Shown here: positions 15,001 to 26,407 of the stretch, piece after piece
Numbering within the stretch: position 1 is the first letter of the stretch
How the letters are laid out: every line of letters begins with the position of its first letter
DNA from: Balanoglossus misakiensis
Lineage: Eukaryota > Animalia > Hemichordata
Assembly (NCBI GenBank): GCA_040954595.2
Contig: CM082586.2
Span: forward strand, 4,012,349 to 4,076,348
Reading direction: 5' to 3'
Length of the DNA stretch: 64,000 nt
Translations under genes and position numbers: made by a program
The notes under the pieces: generated by a model
Seen by the model: only the letters and a program-made list of their open reading frames with translations
Database searches by the model: none
What the model was told of the DNA's origin: nothing

Positions 15001-15244
15001 GAGTGTTTGAATCGGTCACATTGCAAGACCGAACAGAAACGGATAGATCAGACATGGCTGTATCAGTGCAGTGAGAACGTGAAACGCATAAACAGTCAAA
15101 TGCGTATAGCTATCAATTCATATCAAACAAAACTGCGTTAAATTGAAGAAAAGGCAGGAAATACATGTTTTGTGTCGACATACCTGATTTGGTTTCCCTG
15201 CAAGACAGTATCAAAAGCGATGCGAGGACCATCAGTTGAACCAT
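9070..15244 (-). CDS. Secreted multidomain protein: signal peptide, PAN/apple, trefoil, WSC, pentraxin/LamG, 2x HYR, polycystin-1-like GAIN with GPS; no TM; about 963 aa
   Basis: 14 phase-consistent exons: 15184-15244 (MVQLMVLASLLILSCRETKS), 14744-14965 (ECCEDCTGNSQCVAWTF..CWLK), 14163-14297 ([22 protein letters not shown]..PMCY), 13493-13789 (GCWSD..FALQNGGLC), 12305-13102 (LTVCVW..WNHVCYAWSS..LALGQ + HYR), 11605-11844 (HYR), 11337-11398, 11151-11241, 10643-10968, 10273-10378, 9970-10097, 9602-9830, 9278-9369 (CKFMD..WGKDGCK), 9070-9174 (VCQCNHLTAF..TAA). AATAAA on the minus strand at about 8849-8854. Confidence 0.85.
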
Positions 15245-15900
15245 CGTCGGCTCGTCAGGTGTCACTATCTCCTTATCACAGCACCCAGGGTTCGTTAACG
15301 TTGAACGCTTAAACGAATTACGTTAACAGAAATCCTTTCCATTTGTAATTGTAGTTCGAGTGAGTTAAGCGGAACGTTATGAGTGGAGCTATTAGCTAAT
15401 TTGATGACATAGAGTACAATGAAAGTGAAATGACATATTCGTCGCCGCTCATGGGTAACGCCCTGGAATAAATCGCTAGTCATACATGCAGCATAACTTT
15501 GCCCATTCGATGATCATGTTTCGATGATCTGGCAGTTTAATTAGTTTAATGACTTGGCACCTCTATTGTCTCATGTGCGTCTCATCAGCTAAGTGAATTA
15601 ATCGACGGAGTTAATTGAACGCATTACCATGAAGCTTGCGCCCTCACTATCTAAATATAAATTATTCAAAAAACTATAAATCACTCACACTCCGTTTCTT
15701 GACATGGCTTAGACCTCTGACCTTGATAATGATTTATTAAACAATATATTTACAATGCACAAGAATAGTACAGCTCCCGGCCCCCACCCACCGCCGTGAC
15801 ATAATGGTATCTGTAAAACTATTGTTTGTTTTTATCTGTAACTGATTCTTCACTCGTGTTTGTCACCGAGGCAGGCCAGGTACCAGCCAATGTTAAACAT

Positions 15901-17466
15901 TTAGCCCAGTCTATAGCATTTGAAATTGTTCTTAAAGAGAATGTACTCGTCATGCCCGTAGTATTTCGCAACGTGACTGCTTTCACTACCGCGTCGGAAT
16001 GCACTATACTTAATGTTTGTTTTGTCGCTTTTATGCATGATGAACACATCCTTGCAACTGGCTATTCGCAGACGACCGAACGCGTCAATGAAATGCTCCG
16101 TGTGGCCTACGCGTTCAAACTGCGGATCAAAACCAACAGCTTTGACCGACTCGGTCTTGGCCATGAAAAAGTTGGTGACCAAGTCAACGATCATGCATTC
16201 CGGGAACTCTTCGATGTTTCTCTGGAAGCCCCTGTTTCTCATCATGCAATCTCCATCATCGTCCCCGGGGTAAATGTCAATGTTCTTGAAATACAAACTG
16301 AGGATGTATTTGGTTCCGTTGGCGTCATCGAAGAACCCTCCGACCATATCCAGGTGCACCCTGGGATCTTCAAATTTCTCCAGGTAATTTTCCAATTTCG
16401 TGTTCGGTGAAAATATAAAGTCGTCGTCGACCCAAACGAAATATTTTGTTTTAACCTGACTCAATACTAGGTTGCGGCCTGCAAACCAACCCTCTTTGAA
16501 CGGCATGATGAACTGACTGACCCCACGGCCGCCTATTGTTTGCGTTATTTCGCTATCATCTGCCACAAGTATTTGCATCCCTGGATAGTATTCATTGACA
16601 CTGCGAACAAGTCTCTCGACACACTCGTAACGTTCAAAGGTTTTCGTAACAATAGTTACTTTCTTGATGATGTCATCATTGTAAAATATATTATATATCC
16701 TGGGACGCGGTTCCCGCCGTACTTGAATGTGAATATTTATATTGAAATTTAAAAAGTTTACTTCTAAGATGTCACGTGCGTGGATATCATAATAAGTACT
16801 TTGGAACACTAACGTGTTCAGCATTGAATTAAAGTCATCGGATGATACTGACGTGTCGCGTAATGATATTTCCAAGACGGCTGTTCCGTTTCCTTCAACG
16901 TGACAACTCCCCGAAAGACTTGGTGTGTAAACGAACACGATTCCGAGTTTTTTGGTCGATCGAACTGTTAAAATTGCATCGGCATCTTGTTTTGAGAGGT
17001 CGTTCACAGCCGAAAACGCATCTTCATCGACGGACAGTCCAACAATACGCACTGTCTTCAGCGGCTCGACGACCACAAACCCGCCAACGTACGACAACGG
17101 AGACAGCATACGGCAGGTCACCATGGGTTCGTTTTGCAACAGCGTCTCTTGCCTCCATTTTTCGACCTCCGCCTTCCTCCGATTTCTTAAATCTCCAAGC
17201 AACTGTCCGCCGTGAATTTTGCCCGGAACGTGAAGGTCCGAACACGAACAGCTACCGCCCTCTGTGGTCATTTTCTGTGTTAGTTTCTCCCCTTCGTCTG
17301 ACAAATCTCTATAAGATTGTTTCCTCCATTCGTCTGTAGGTACTTTCCACGTTCCCTGTTGTAGGCCTGGGCGGCTATCTCCCACGCTATACCAATATCC
17401 AATTAGTTTGACTGCAATCGCCATTATCATAAAAGATGCCAGGGGAACAATAATTCGCCAATTCAT
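15901..17466 (-). CDS. Beta-1,4-N-acetylgalactosaminyltransferase (B4GALNT1/2-like, GT-A fold), single coding exon
   Basis: Long ORF with first in-frame ATG at 17466 (in-frame stops lie upstream) and an N-terminal type II TM anchor. Motifs VTIVTKTFERY, ILVADDS, MPFKEGWFAGRNLVLSQVKTKYFVWVDDDF (DxD), VTNFFMAKT, VGFDP, HTEHFID. Confidence 0.92.
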   Translation of the reverse strand: MNWRIIVPLASFMIMAIAVKLIGYWYSVGDSRPGLQQGTWKVPTDEWRKQSYRDLSDEGEKLTQKMTTEGGSCSCSDLHVPGKIHGGQLLGDLRNRRKAEVEKWRQETLLQNEPMVTCRMLSPLSYVGGFVVVEPLKTVRIVGLSVDEDAFSAVNDLSKQDADAILTVRSTKKLGIVFVYTPSLSGSCHVEGNGTAVLEISLRDTSVSSDDFNSMLNTLVFQSTYYDIHARDILEVNFLNFNINIHIQVRREPRPRIYNIFYNDDIIKKVTIVTKTFERYECVERLVRSVNEYYPGMQILVADDSEITQTIGGRGVSQFIMPFKEGWFAGRNLVLSQVKTKYFVWVDDDFIFSPNTKLENYLEKFEDPRVHLDMVGGFFDDANGTKYILSLYFKNIDIYPGDDDGDCMMRNRGFQRNIEEFPECMIVDLVTNFFMAKTESVKAVGFDPQFERVGHTEHFIDAFGRLRIASCKDVFIMHKSDKTNIKYSAFRRGSESSHVAKYYGHDEYILFKNNFKCYRLG

Positions 17467-18049
17467 ATTCAGGATCACAGAGCAAATTCTTCATTAATAT
17501 ACTGGCAATATCCGATCACTTAACACATTGGAGACCACTTCGTAACTTGAACAGGACACAGTTTCTTTTGATCTGGAAAACACAACAATAGTAATTAGCC
17601 TAAAGAAAGAAAGTTAGGCCTATAATATTCATAATTATCGATGTAGCCTAATGAAGATATATGTAGGTTGGATTGCAATGGCCAATTTACTCCAGTAGCA
17701 CTTTTACTATGGTCGCTTGTAAACGCATACAGAAAATGATTTTTTCCCAACGTGGACGAGTAACAAGAGTTTTACAGTGTCAAACTTGTACTTCCGGGAT
17801 CATACATAACCTACCCTAGACATATAGCTAAATATTCCAGGACACACTTACCATCCAATCGTGTCGTCGCAACGCAACGCCGTCAAAGCTTCAGGGATAA
17901 GCCTACAAGAAGTGATCGAATTCGTTCTTGAACATTTAACGGACGGTGATTTGACATTATCTTCCAGCGACACAACAAGACACTGATTGCATTCATGTAT
18001 CAGTGTATCAGTGCACGTGTATATAGAGCTATCAGACAAAATGGCAGAC

Positions 18050-18438
18050 AAATGTAGTGTTAAATATTAACTTTTGCAAATATTAACTTTTGCCAAATCC
18101 GGCCTTCGGCTGATATTTTTCCTCGGCGATTTATCCCATGGCCACCGAATATGGGCGTCTTTATCAAGAAAATATTTATTCATTTGTTCATTTCTCAATC
18201 CTAAGAAATACATGTAGCACAGACATCGCCCGGCCGGGCGGGCGGCGGCGCAAGGTGAGGAGGGGGAGCTGGCTAGCTACAAATGTATGAGTCAATCACG
18301 TGATTTACAAGCCACGGCTTGTGAAGCGGAAGTACTTTACAAGGTCAATAGGTCAATGAATCACGTGACTGAGTGGAGTTGGCATCAGAGCTGAGTTGTG
18401 GTTCACGTTTGTCGTGTTTCTCCAGGAAAGGTACGAAT
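18050..18438. promoter_or_regulatory. Probable bidirectional promoter between B4GALNT-like (-) and RBM7 (+)
   Basis: Head-to-head arrangement; minus-strand non-coding exon donor near 17850 and acceptor near 17573; GC-rich patch 18228-18250; TCACGTGA E-boxes at 18296-18303 and 18361-18368; ETS-type CGGAAGT at 18327-18333. Confidence 0.5.
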
Positions 18439-20138
18439 ATGACAGGAGACCAAGTCGACCGGACATTGTGGGTGGGAAATCTTGAGCCGAGAGTCACGGA
18501 AGAGTTGCTGTATGAATTGTTTGTGCAGGTAATCTTGGAATATTGTGTTAAATACTGACAGCGTCGCGGTGGTTGTGATAGTACTTCCGGGGTTCGTAAG
18601 TCTCCGTTTTGCATTCCGTGGTCTCGTATCGTCGTCGCCCTCTAAGGCTCGGCAACACAGTCGACGGACTTGTAAGACTACAGACTCACGAAAACTAGCC
18701 CTGTGTACAGATCTGTGTGTTCCCGACGTTACCACGGGCTCCACCCGACGTGCAGGTAACGCCGGGAACACGGACCTGTATAGCTCTGCGTGGCAGGGCT
18801 GTGTTGTTACGGCGAGCCTCCACCCACAGCCCTGCAAAGCTCCATAGACAAAACTGGCGAAACTCAACGGATTTGTATCGGCAGGGTTTCCTTACCAAAA
18901 ACCGCCGATTTCGAACTCAAAACGTGGGTCGATCTTCGTTACTGGCCTCGATTACTCCAGTCGCTAGCAATTTGAGCTCAACTCTACCTAATTGCTTGCG
19001 TTAAGCCCCATTTTCGATGTTAATGCGAGAAGACCCCTAAGAACGCAGCCATTTCGATCTCGTTGACCAACGAGTTAACCCAGGAGCCTAAACATCGAAA
19101 ATAAGGTAGAGTTGAGCTCAAATAGCTAGCGACTGGAGAAATCGAGGCCAGTAACGAAGATCGACCCACGTTTTGAGTTCGAAATCGGCGGTTTTTGGTA
19201 AGGAAACCCTGCCGATACAAATCCGTTGAGTTTCGCCAGTTTTGTCTATGGAGCTTTGCAGGGCTGTGGGTGGAGGCTCGCCGTAACAACACAGCCCTGC
19301 CACGCAGAGCTAGGACCTGTACAGTAGTACATAGCCTTAGGGCTACGTGTACAGTTGTACACAGCACTATCATATTCGTACAAAGTTTTCCATTTAATGG
19401 AAAACTTTGTATTGAACTAGTAAGTGTGAGTTGACATTTTGATAATTGTGAACCTGGCCTGAAATTGGGTTAGTCCACTTTTTATTTTGGGTATTTTCTT
19501 TAATTTTAAAGGCTGGTCCTCTCTTGGATGTAAAGATTGCAAAGGACAAAGACGGCAACAAACGCTCTTTTGCATTCATTGAATACAAGCACGACTTATC
19601 TATACCGTACACAATACAACTGATGAGCGGCATCCGACTGTTTGACCGTCAGCTCAATCTTCAGTGTCGACCTGGCAGCAAGCATCTGTCCGGCGACAAT
19701 GTCATGGGAAGGAACAGTCCATTGCAGATGCAGGAGGGGCGGAACAGCAGACCGCTGACCCCGGACGCGGGTGCAGACATGGACACCCCCAATTTCCACC
19801 GGTCGCGTTCCATGCCGGCCAACTTGTCGTCGTTCGGCGATCAGCGAAGGATGCCGCCGCACGTGCCGCAGCGATCGCACGACCGCGGCTACGCGCACGA
19901 ATATTCGCACAGACCCGAGTATGAGGACTATGGCTATGAGCCGCAGGACTATGGCCATTATCGGGACTACGACCGACATCGGGACTATGGCCGCCAGCAG
20001 CAAGATTATGGCCGCCACATGTCCAGAAATCATTTAACGCCAAGTCCACACATGCCCAGATACAGATCGCCAAATATGCCACCACACCATGACCCATGGC
20101 AGCCTTCAGGGCGCAGGGGTCACTATGGTTACAGTTAA
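18439..20138 (+). CDS. RBM7: RNA-binding protein RBM7/RBM11-like (N-terminal RRM, low-complexity Y/D/R/H tail)
   Basis: Exons 18439-18528 (MTGDQVDRTLWVGNLEPRVTEELLYELFVQ) and 19512-20138 (AGPLLDVKIAKDKDGNKRSFAFIEYKHDLSIPYTIQLMSGIRLFDRQL), phase-0 GT-AG intron. Confidence 0.88.
18781..19312. mobile_element. Non-autonomous foldback / Mutator-like element in RBM7 intron
   Basis: About 210-bp near-perfect terminal inverted repeats (TAGCTCTGCGTGGCAGGGCTGTG...CACAGCCCTGCCACGCAGAGCTA) and a perfect 9-bp TSD GGACCTGTA at 18772-18780 and 19313-19321. Confidence 0.92.
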
Positions 20139-20617
20139 TTTGACTAAAGAATACTTTTTTTACTAAATGTTTATTTATCTTCATAATCGGTCTCTTGACA
20201 CGGAAACCCAAATTTAAAGAGTCAGTACAACTTAGAGTACAGTAATACATGTCTAAACTAAATCCTGTGTACATGTAATCTGAAAAGCTGTCCTATACTG
20301 AATACATTTTCCAGTCGCTTTAACTGAGTATAGCTGTGCAACCCGACAACGCTTCGGTTTTTGTCAATTATAAATAACTGTGCAAGTAAAAGAAAACTTC
20401 AGATGAAGAACCAGATGAATTTAAAGAAGATGTTGCATTGCGATTTGATTACTAGTTTGTTGCGTAAACCTGTAGCATTGTTTTTACTTTGTTATTAAAT
20501 ATGTTGTTCTTGTAGTATCAGTATCAGTATTGTACCGTAGACGGACACCCTAGGTGAGGAAAGAATCCCGAACGTACGCTGAGAATATGCGTGAGAAATT
20601 CACAATAATCCTCCCGT

Positions 20618-22970
20618 TTACTTTTCAAATTCTGCAAGCAGTGCAAAGTACGTCACTCCTAAACCACCCATCTGTACAAAAGAGAGAAAGAGTGGAGAAA
20701 AGAAAAAATCACGTTTAGGAAAACTCGATAGGTAAATGTAACGCGATCACCGCTTACAGCATGGTTACGGTGATAACAGTAACACATAAAGAATCTGCTT
20801 TCGATTACCACTGAATAATCGCTTACGTACTGGTTTCCAACAGCACTACATTGTACGTGGAAGTTCACCTATAGAGATGCTATAGTCCAACTTGTAATGA
20901 GTATTGGGATTCTTTTAAAAATTCAAGGTGTATAATCCACCATCTCCGTTTGAACAAAACCTGTACATGCGGTAAACATTTACACTAATCCGGCAGTCAT
21001 TGTTCTGGCAGGTGTGCGCTATGCGGATGCCATACAATGGAACAATGCTAATTGTCTTTTAAAGGACAATTAATTTGACAGCGAGGCCGCAGGAGTGGGC
21101 CGTGTGCAAATGTAATCCTGGCCAATCTTACCGTCAATATAAATGGCTTTGTGAGTGTGACTAGATCGAAGACTGTGTACCCAACAGCTACGCCATTCAA
21201 CCTTGACAGAAACATGCTCATCTGAAAATAAAAAAACACATAGTTTACAAACTGAAAGGTTTTGTCACGCCATTTCTAAGTAAGAGAAAATCATATGCAA
21301 TGTTTGCAATACTCAAAGTAGCAAGTCTAACTTTTACTTACTACCATCAATTCGTCGCTCTTTATATCTGCAACTCGGACATTGTACATCATGTTTATCG
21401 GTTTGTGCGCCTGTGGAATTAAAACAGCATCGGTCACATAAGCAAAGTTCATTGAAAATCTTGTAAACTTAGGATGTCTACTGTATATTTGCTAGCCTTT
21501 GGGTAGCTTAGTAAACCTTATCGTGGTGACAATAATTTACTTTGTCGGAAAAAGATATGCGAAAGATGAAACATATTTTCGACGGTAACAAATACTTTTT
21601 CTTGAGTTGTTTTCAGTATTTTAGTCGCAGTTCAGCACTCGATAACTCTCGTATAAATAACTTACTCTGGTGTTGACTATAGCCGCTATCCAAGACACTA
21701 CGGGAATATTGACGAAGATGGAGGTGAGCCACACAACGTACATCAGAATCGCAGACACATTGCCTCGGTAGCTGGTCGAGAACAGCAACTGGTAGAGCAA
21801 GAAACAGGCCAACGGTAACATGGTGCCGTATGATATAGCGTTGGTGTAGGTGAACAGGCCTTGGTTGGAGTGTTCCACGGCCAGACACAGCTCCTGGTGT
21901 TGGTAGCGCAGATCTTCCATGTTCGCCGGCAGGCCCCTCTGGGTGTAGGCCCGCAAAATGGCCCTGTCCAGCCGCTTTGTGAAGTCTCCAAATCGGTTGC
22001 ACAGTATCATGCAGATATGGATGAAGAGGAGGATGGGGAAGATCCAAGCGGCGAAGTCGTAGATGTTGATGACGATGAACACGATGTGCAGAACGGGGTG
22101 TTCGGGGAACGGCGCAACGAAGACCGCCGAGGCGTTCCGGACCATCTCGATGTTGCCGAACACGCCGAACGACTGGTTCAGAAAGTGGAAGACGACGAAC
22201 ACGATGGCCTGTACTGTAAATATAACGGACCACCGCCTGACGTGTTTCAGGTTGACCCCGGCGGCGCTGTTCCGCTGGATGCGGTCTTCCCAGTGGTGGA
22301 AGAACCGCGGCATCCGGTGCATCTTCTCCGACGCGAAAAACAAGGTGGTGGTGTTGCAGGCGCACTGGAACGTGAACAGGCAGTAGATCACTTTGAAGAA
22401 GAGACGTTCCTCCAGCATCGCCTGCTCGGGGCCAACAAAGAACGCCGGCACGAAACGAAGAAAGTTGAACCACAGTAAGACGTTCACCAAAATGCAGTAG
22501 TTCCTGGCGTTGAATATCCTCCGGACAGCTGTCTTAGATTCTCTGTCCAACTGTCGAACAGATCCCTTGTAGTATCTGGGGTCAAGATGATGCGCGTGCC
22601 ACAGCCCAAAGATCATCATCATCTTTATCATGGGACCCATGGCTTCGTAGAAATGAAGTTTTTCTGGAATGGAATAGTGGAGAAGCTTTTCCGTCTTGAT
22701 ATCCTCGGTTTTCTCATGTCCATGATTGTCCAAGAGTTTGTCGTTTAAAAACACGCCGTTCTTGATGGCCTTACTTTCGCACGTGCTTGTCAGTTCTATC
22801 TTTTCGCAGCGCTCTCCGTGTTGAGCGGTGGCGTCGCCAAATTGTACTTCATGAAAGTCCATCTTCACGGAAGTTTTCTGGTCGCCGGGTTCCGCCGCTG
22901 ATTCCGTCGACCCCGCTTCTCCGCCAAGCGGGGTGACCGCGTTCGCCCGACGAAGTTTCAAGTCCGACAT
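20618..22970 (-). CDS. Gustatory receptor-like (GRL / 7TM ion channel superfamily) protein, about 505 aa
   Basis: Exons 21666-22970, 21342-21410 (AHKPINMMYNV..), 21132-21221 (MSMFLSRLNGVAVGYTVFDLVTLTKPFILT), 20618-20671 (MGGLGVTYFALLAEFEK*). Multiple TM helices, C-terminal TYhhhhhxF motif, and three phase-0 introns near the C-terminus, typical of the Gr/GRL family. Confidence 0.88.
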
Positions 22971-25900
22971 TCCGTCAACAGCTCAGGTGTACGACGGTAT
23001 CTATTTCGAGGTTGAGAAAACGAAAACTGCTGTTAGCTATGTCCCCTCAAGGAATACTTACTTCTTAACACACCCTCCGGGAAAGGACACTCGAACGAAA
23101 TATACGAAGAGATGTAACAATTCACCGTGACAGACTAGGGAGTTTCCTTGTTTCGGAGGGACCGATTTGGACTTGCTCACGTAGCGAGTGTGAGCGCGTA
23201 TACGTTAGTCTAGGGACCGCGTAGGCCCATAACCATGGGCCCAGCCGCGAAAATAACGGATACGTGGTTTACTGTTCGTCTTCAAGCCCAGTCCACGAGT
23301 AGTGACACACCCTTTCGTCCTTGATAGTCTGAGAAGTCGCAGGTGGGATGAGCTCATGGTTGTTTTGCTCAACTTAACGGTGAATAATCAATATCTATTG
23401 TTCTTATTTATCTATTGATCAAACCTATTAGTCCTTCTCAAAACCGTGTCGCAATTCTTAAATGTTTCGTTTATGGTACGCTTTGTACGGTACAAGAGAA
23501 ATACAATTGCAACTTAAAATGTGTTTTAAACCTGGTGCACCTGCAGTGTATAACTATTTTTTTTTTTTGGGGGGGGGGGACAACATTCAGATGACAAGAT
23601 GTTCTGGAATATAGGAAGAGGGAAAGTGAACGAGATTTTGTTTATTTGTATACTGTCGTCGTCTGGGAGTGTTTTGGTGACCAATAATTGTACTGTCCTT
23701 TTTTCTTAACGTGAATTCAATATGAAACCAGCAGGCTGACCTGGAATTTCTTCCCCCTTTTTTCTACATTACAACGGGAACGGAGAATGGGCATAGATTA
23801 AACTGCGGTTTAGTCAGTATACGTGTAGGCCTATGGTGTTCCGCTTCGCACGAGAGTCTAGTGTGCCATAACCACTCGAATGCATGTCAATATACTTACC
23901 TTGTTTGTACAACCAGCCCTTCGGTATCCAGTCGTCCAACCTTATATCAATTTCACGTCGTTGTCCCGAAGCAGGAATTCGTTTTTATCCAAGATTTTGT
24001 GGATGTCCAGACGCCCGGTTGTTGAAGTTGTTGTCCTGGTGATCGTTTATTAGCGAGAGACAACTGTCACGATATAAATGGCAAGACAAAAGCGGCGCGC
24101 GCATAACGGGACAAACCACCTCAAAAAGAAACAAGTTCTTTATTGTTCCTTGAAAGCTTCTCCAAAGACGCATTCATCGAAGATTATGTAACGGGGTCTG
24201 AATGGATACTGGAACAGAAGCCGGGAAAACACTCGGATTATTTGTGTTTTCTTTCTTGCCTAAGGTATCTTCGGTGGACCAGAATTTGTTCTCTGGGTGG
24301 AGACCAACAAATCTTGAATTTGTGACATCAAAGACAGAGCGTGTACGTTCTTAAATGGAACAAAATGCAATCTGAAAGACTGGTACTTCGCTAAAAACAC
24401 GGCAAAAAGGAATTTGCAACACCACACAAGGAAGCATCACTTTTGGTCGCGCTCAACTTTTATTCATTTTCATAAAACTAAATATACAGAATTCTGAACA
24501 AGAAGTGAGTTCAATTTCACGACAGCTGCATGAGGGCGCTAGACTTAGTACACAGCTAACCCACAGAAAACCGCATGTGAACTTGTCTATAGCTCAGAAT
24601 TGACAAAATAACAGCAAAATCATGCAACTGGCCGTTTGATGTTCTATCGCTTGAGTGGATCGGAGCTTGCTGGATGTTTCAGAGGTCAGGGGTCAGCAAC
24701 ATCAAACACTTGCCTCTTTTCTAGCGCTCCTATGTGTCACAGTAAAGAGAATACAGTGGGTTACATTTTAACAATTATGATGGTAAAAAGAAAACTTCTC
24801 AAACACAGTGCCATTAAATCCGCAACAAATTCTTGGTTAAAGAAAGGTAATCGCTCATAAGGTTTCATGGATTTTGTTGACTGTATAGTGAAACTTGAGG
24901 TCTGGATTGCAAAGTGTAAAAAGATAACCAGGCTCCCATAAGGGCATCTGGCTACACATTCATATCTGCAAATATTAGGATTCGACCAATACATCACATT
25001 GTGTCACTTAGCAACACAACTGTAATGAGCAAGTCCGAGTCCTTAGCATTCTTTGCAATACCATTTGTACTCTAATAATTTCCAATTTTACAGATTGAGT
25101 AATTTGTCACGCTATAAAATCTAACAATCTCTATGTATACCTACAGTGTCTCAATAAAATACATAAAGTAATCTTAAAGTTTTGAACACACTTGAGTAGT
25201 TAACAAATTAGTGTTTTCACATGGTACTGAATATATATGTAAATTGATCTCAGGCTTCACGGACAAAGGCACTCTCTCATTTCTGTTCGCTATGGCATTT
25301 TACTATTGTGCTCACAGAAATATGCTGACTCATGCTAGTCGTGACAACACTCTACTTGTAACAGTGCAGTGTCTAACATTCAAATACTCTGATGTCATCA
25401 TTTCTGGTGCGTACCAGAAATGATGTCATCGAGGTCAGGTGACTAGGCAGATACATGTGACAAAATCTACATTGATAGTATAAGCAAGAACTTTGCTTTT
25501 TGACAATCGCTGGAAGCCCTATAACCCTGCAATATGACAACTCTCTTACAACCCCTTTAAACAAAAATACCAACAAAATACTCAAAAGTTACTGAATGTG
25601 TACCTTTAACCTTATATTTGATGCCCTTTCCTACAAACAATACACAACAGGTGACACTTTACAATGTGGATACTACAGGAAAGTAATAAATTAATAGAAC
25701 AGACTTACAGATTAAGGAAATAGATTACTGAGAGCTAGAATGGATTAATAAGGAAATGAAAACAAAGAAAAGAAAACATAAATGAAGTAGTGGACAGGTT
25801 GAAATGCTTGACAAATAAATTGTACAGATAACTCTCCTCAGAAATTATTCGTTCTTTGGAGTTATAATGACTGACATCCTTTACACCAAAATTATTGAAT

Positions 25901-26407
25901 TTGCATCTTTATTTATATGTCCACGTAAAAATGATCATGTTTTCATATTTTTATCACACTGTCTAGCCAATTTTTTTTTTAAATTGTACTAATTCACACC
26001 AGTGATAACACATAATGTAGCTTAGTGTCGTTAAAGTTGTGATCTTCTGGGTGCAGAGTGTTCTGTCTTTCATTGCATTGTTTTGCTGATAGCGGCATAT
26101 AACTTAACATATTATGCATAAATAAAAAGATACATGGACTTCTGTTTTGTGACTGAAAATTGCCGAAACAAGTACTGGCGGAAAAAATCACAAATACCAT
26201 CAAGTCCCCTTTAAAGGAGAGAAATAGTCTTTGATCCATAAATAGATAATACATGTGTATTTACAGACAGGTGCAGTAAATAATGTACATGTACTGTCTA
26301 AATTTCTTGGTCTCTCAGCCTTTGCTGGAATACGTGTTGTGCTGTTCTAATCTATGGTAGTCTACTTGCTTAGTTGTTATCACTACAGCGGTGGGTACCA
26401 TGGTAAC

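Noticed and set aside
18695-19434. Pairs of identical short ORFs on opposite strands
   Set aside because: They are translations of the two TIRs of the foldback element.
21613-22478. Long alternative-frame and antisense ORFs over the GRL exon (286 aa, 205 aa)
   Set aside because: Shadow ORFs caused by high GC3 codon usage; no recognisable motifs.
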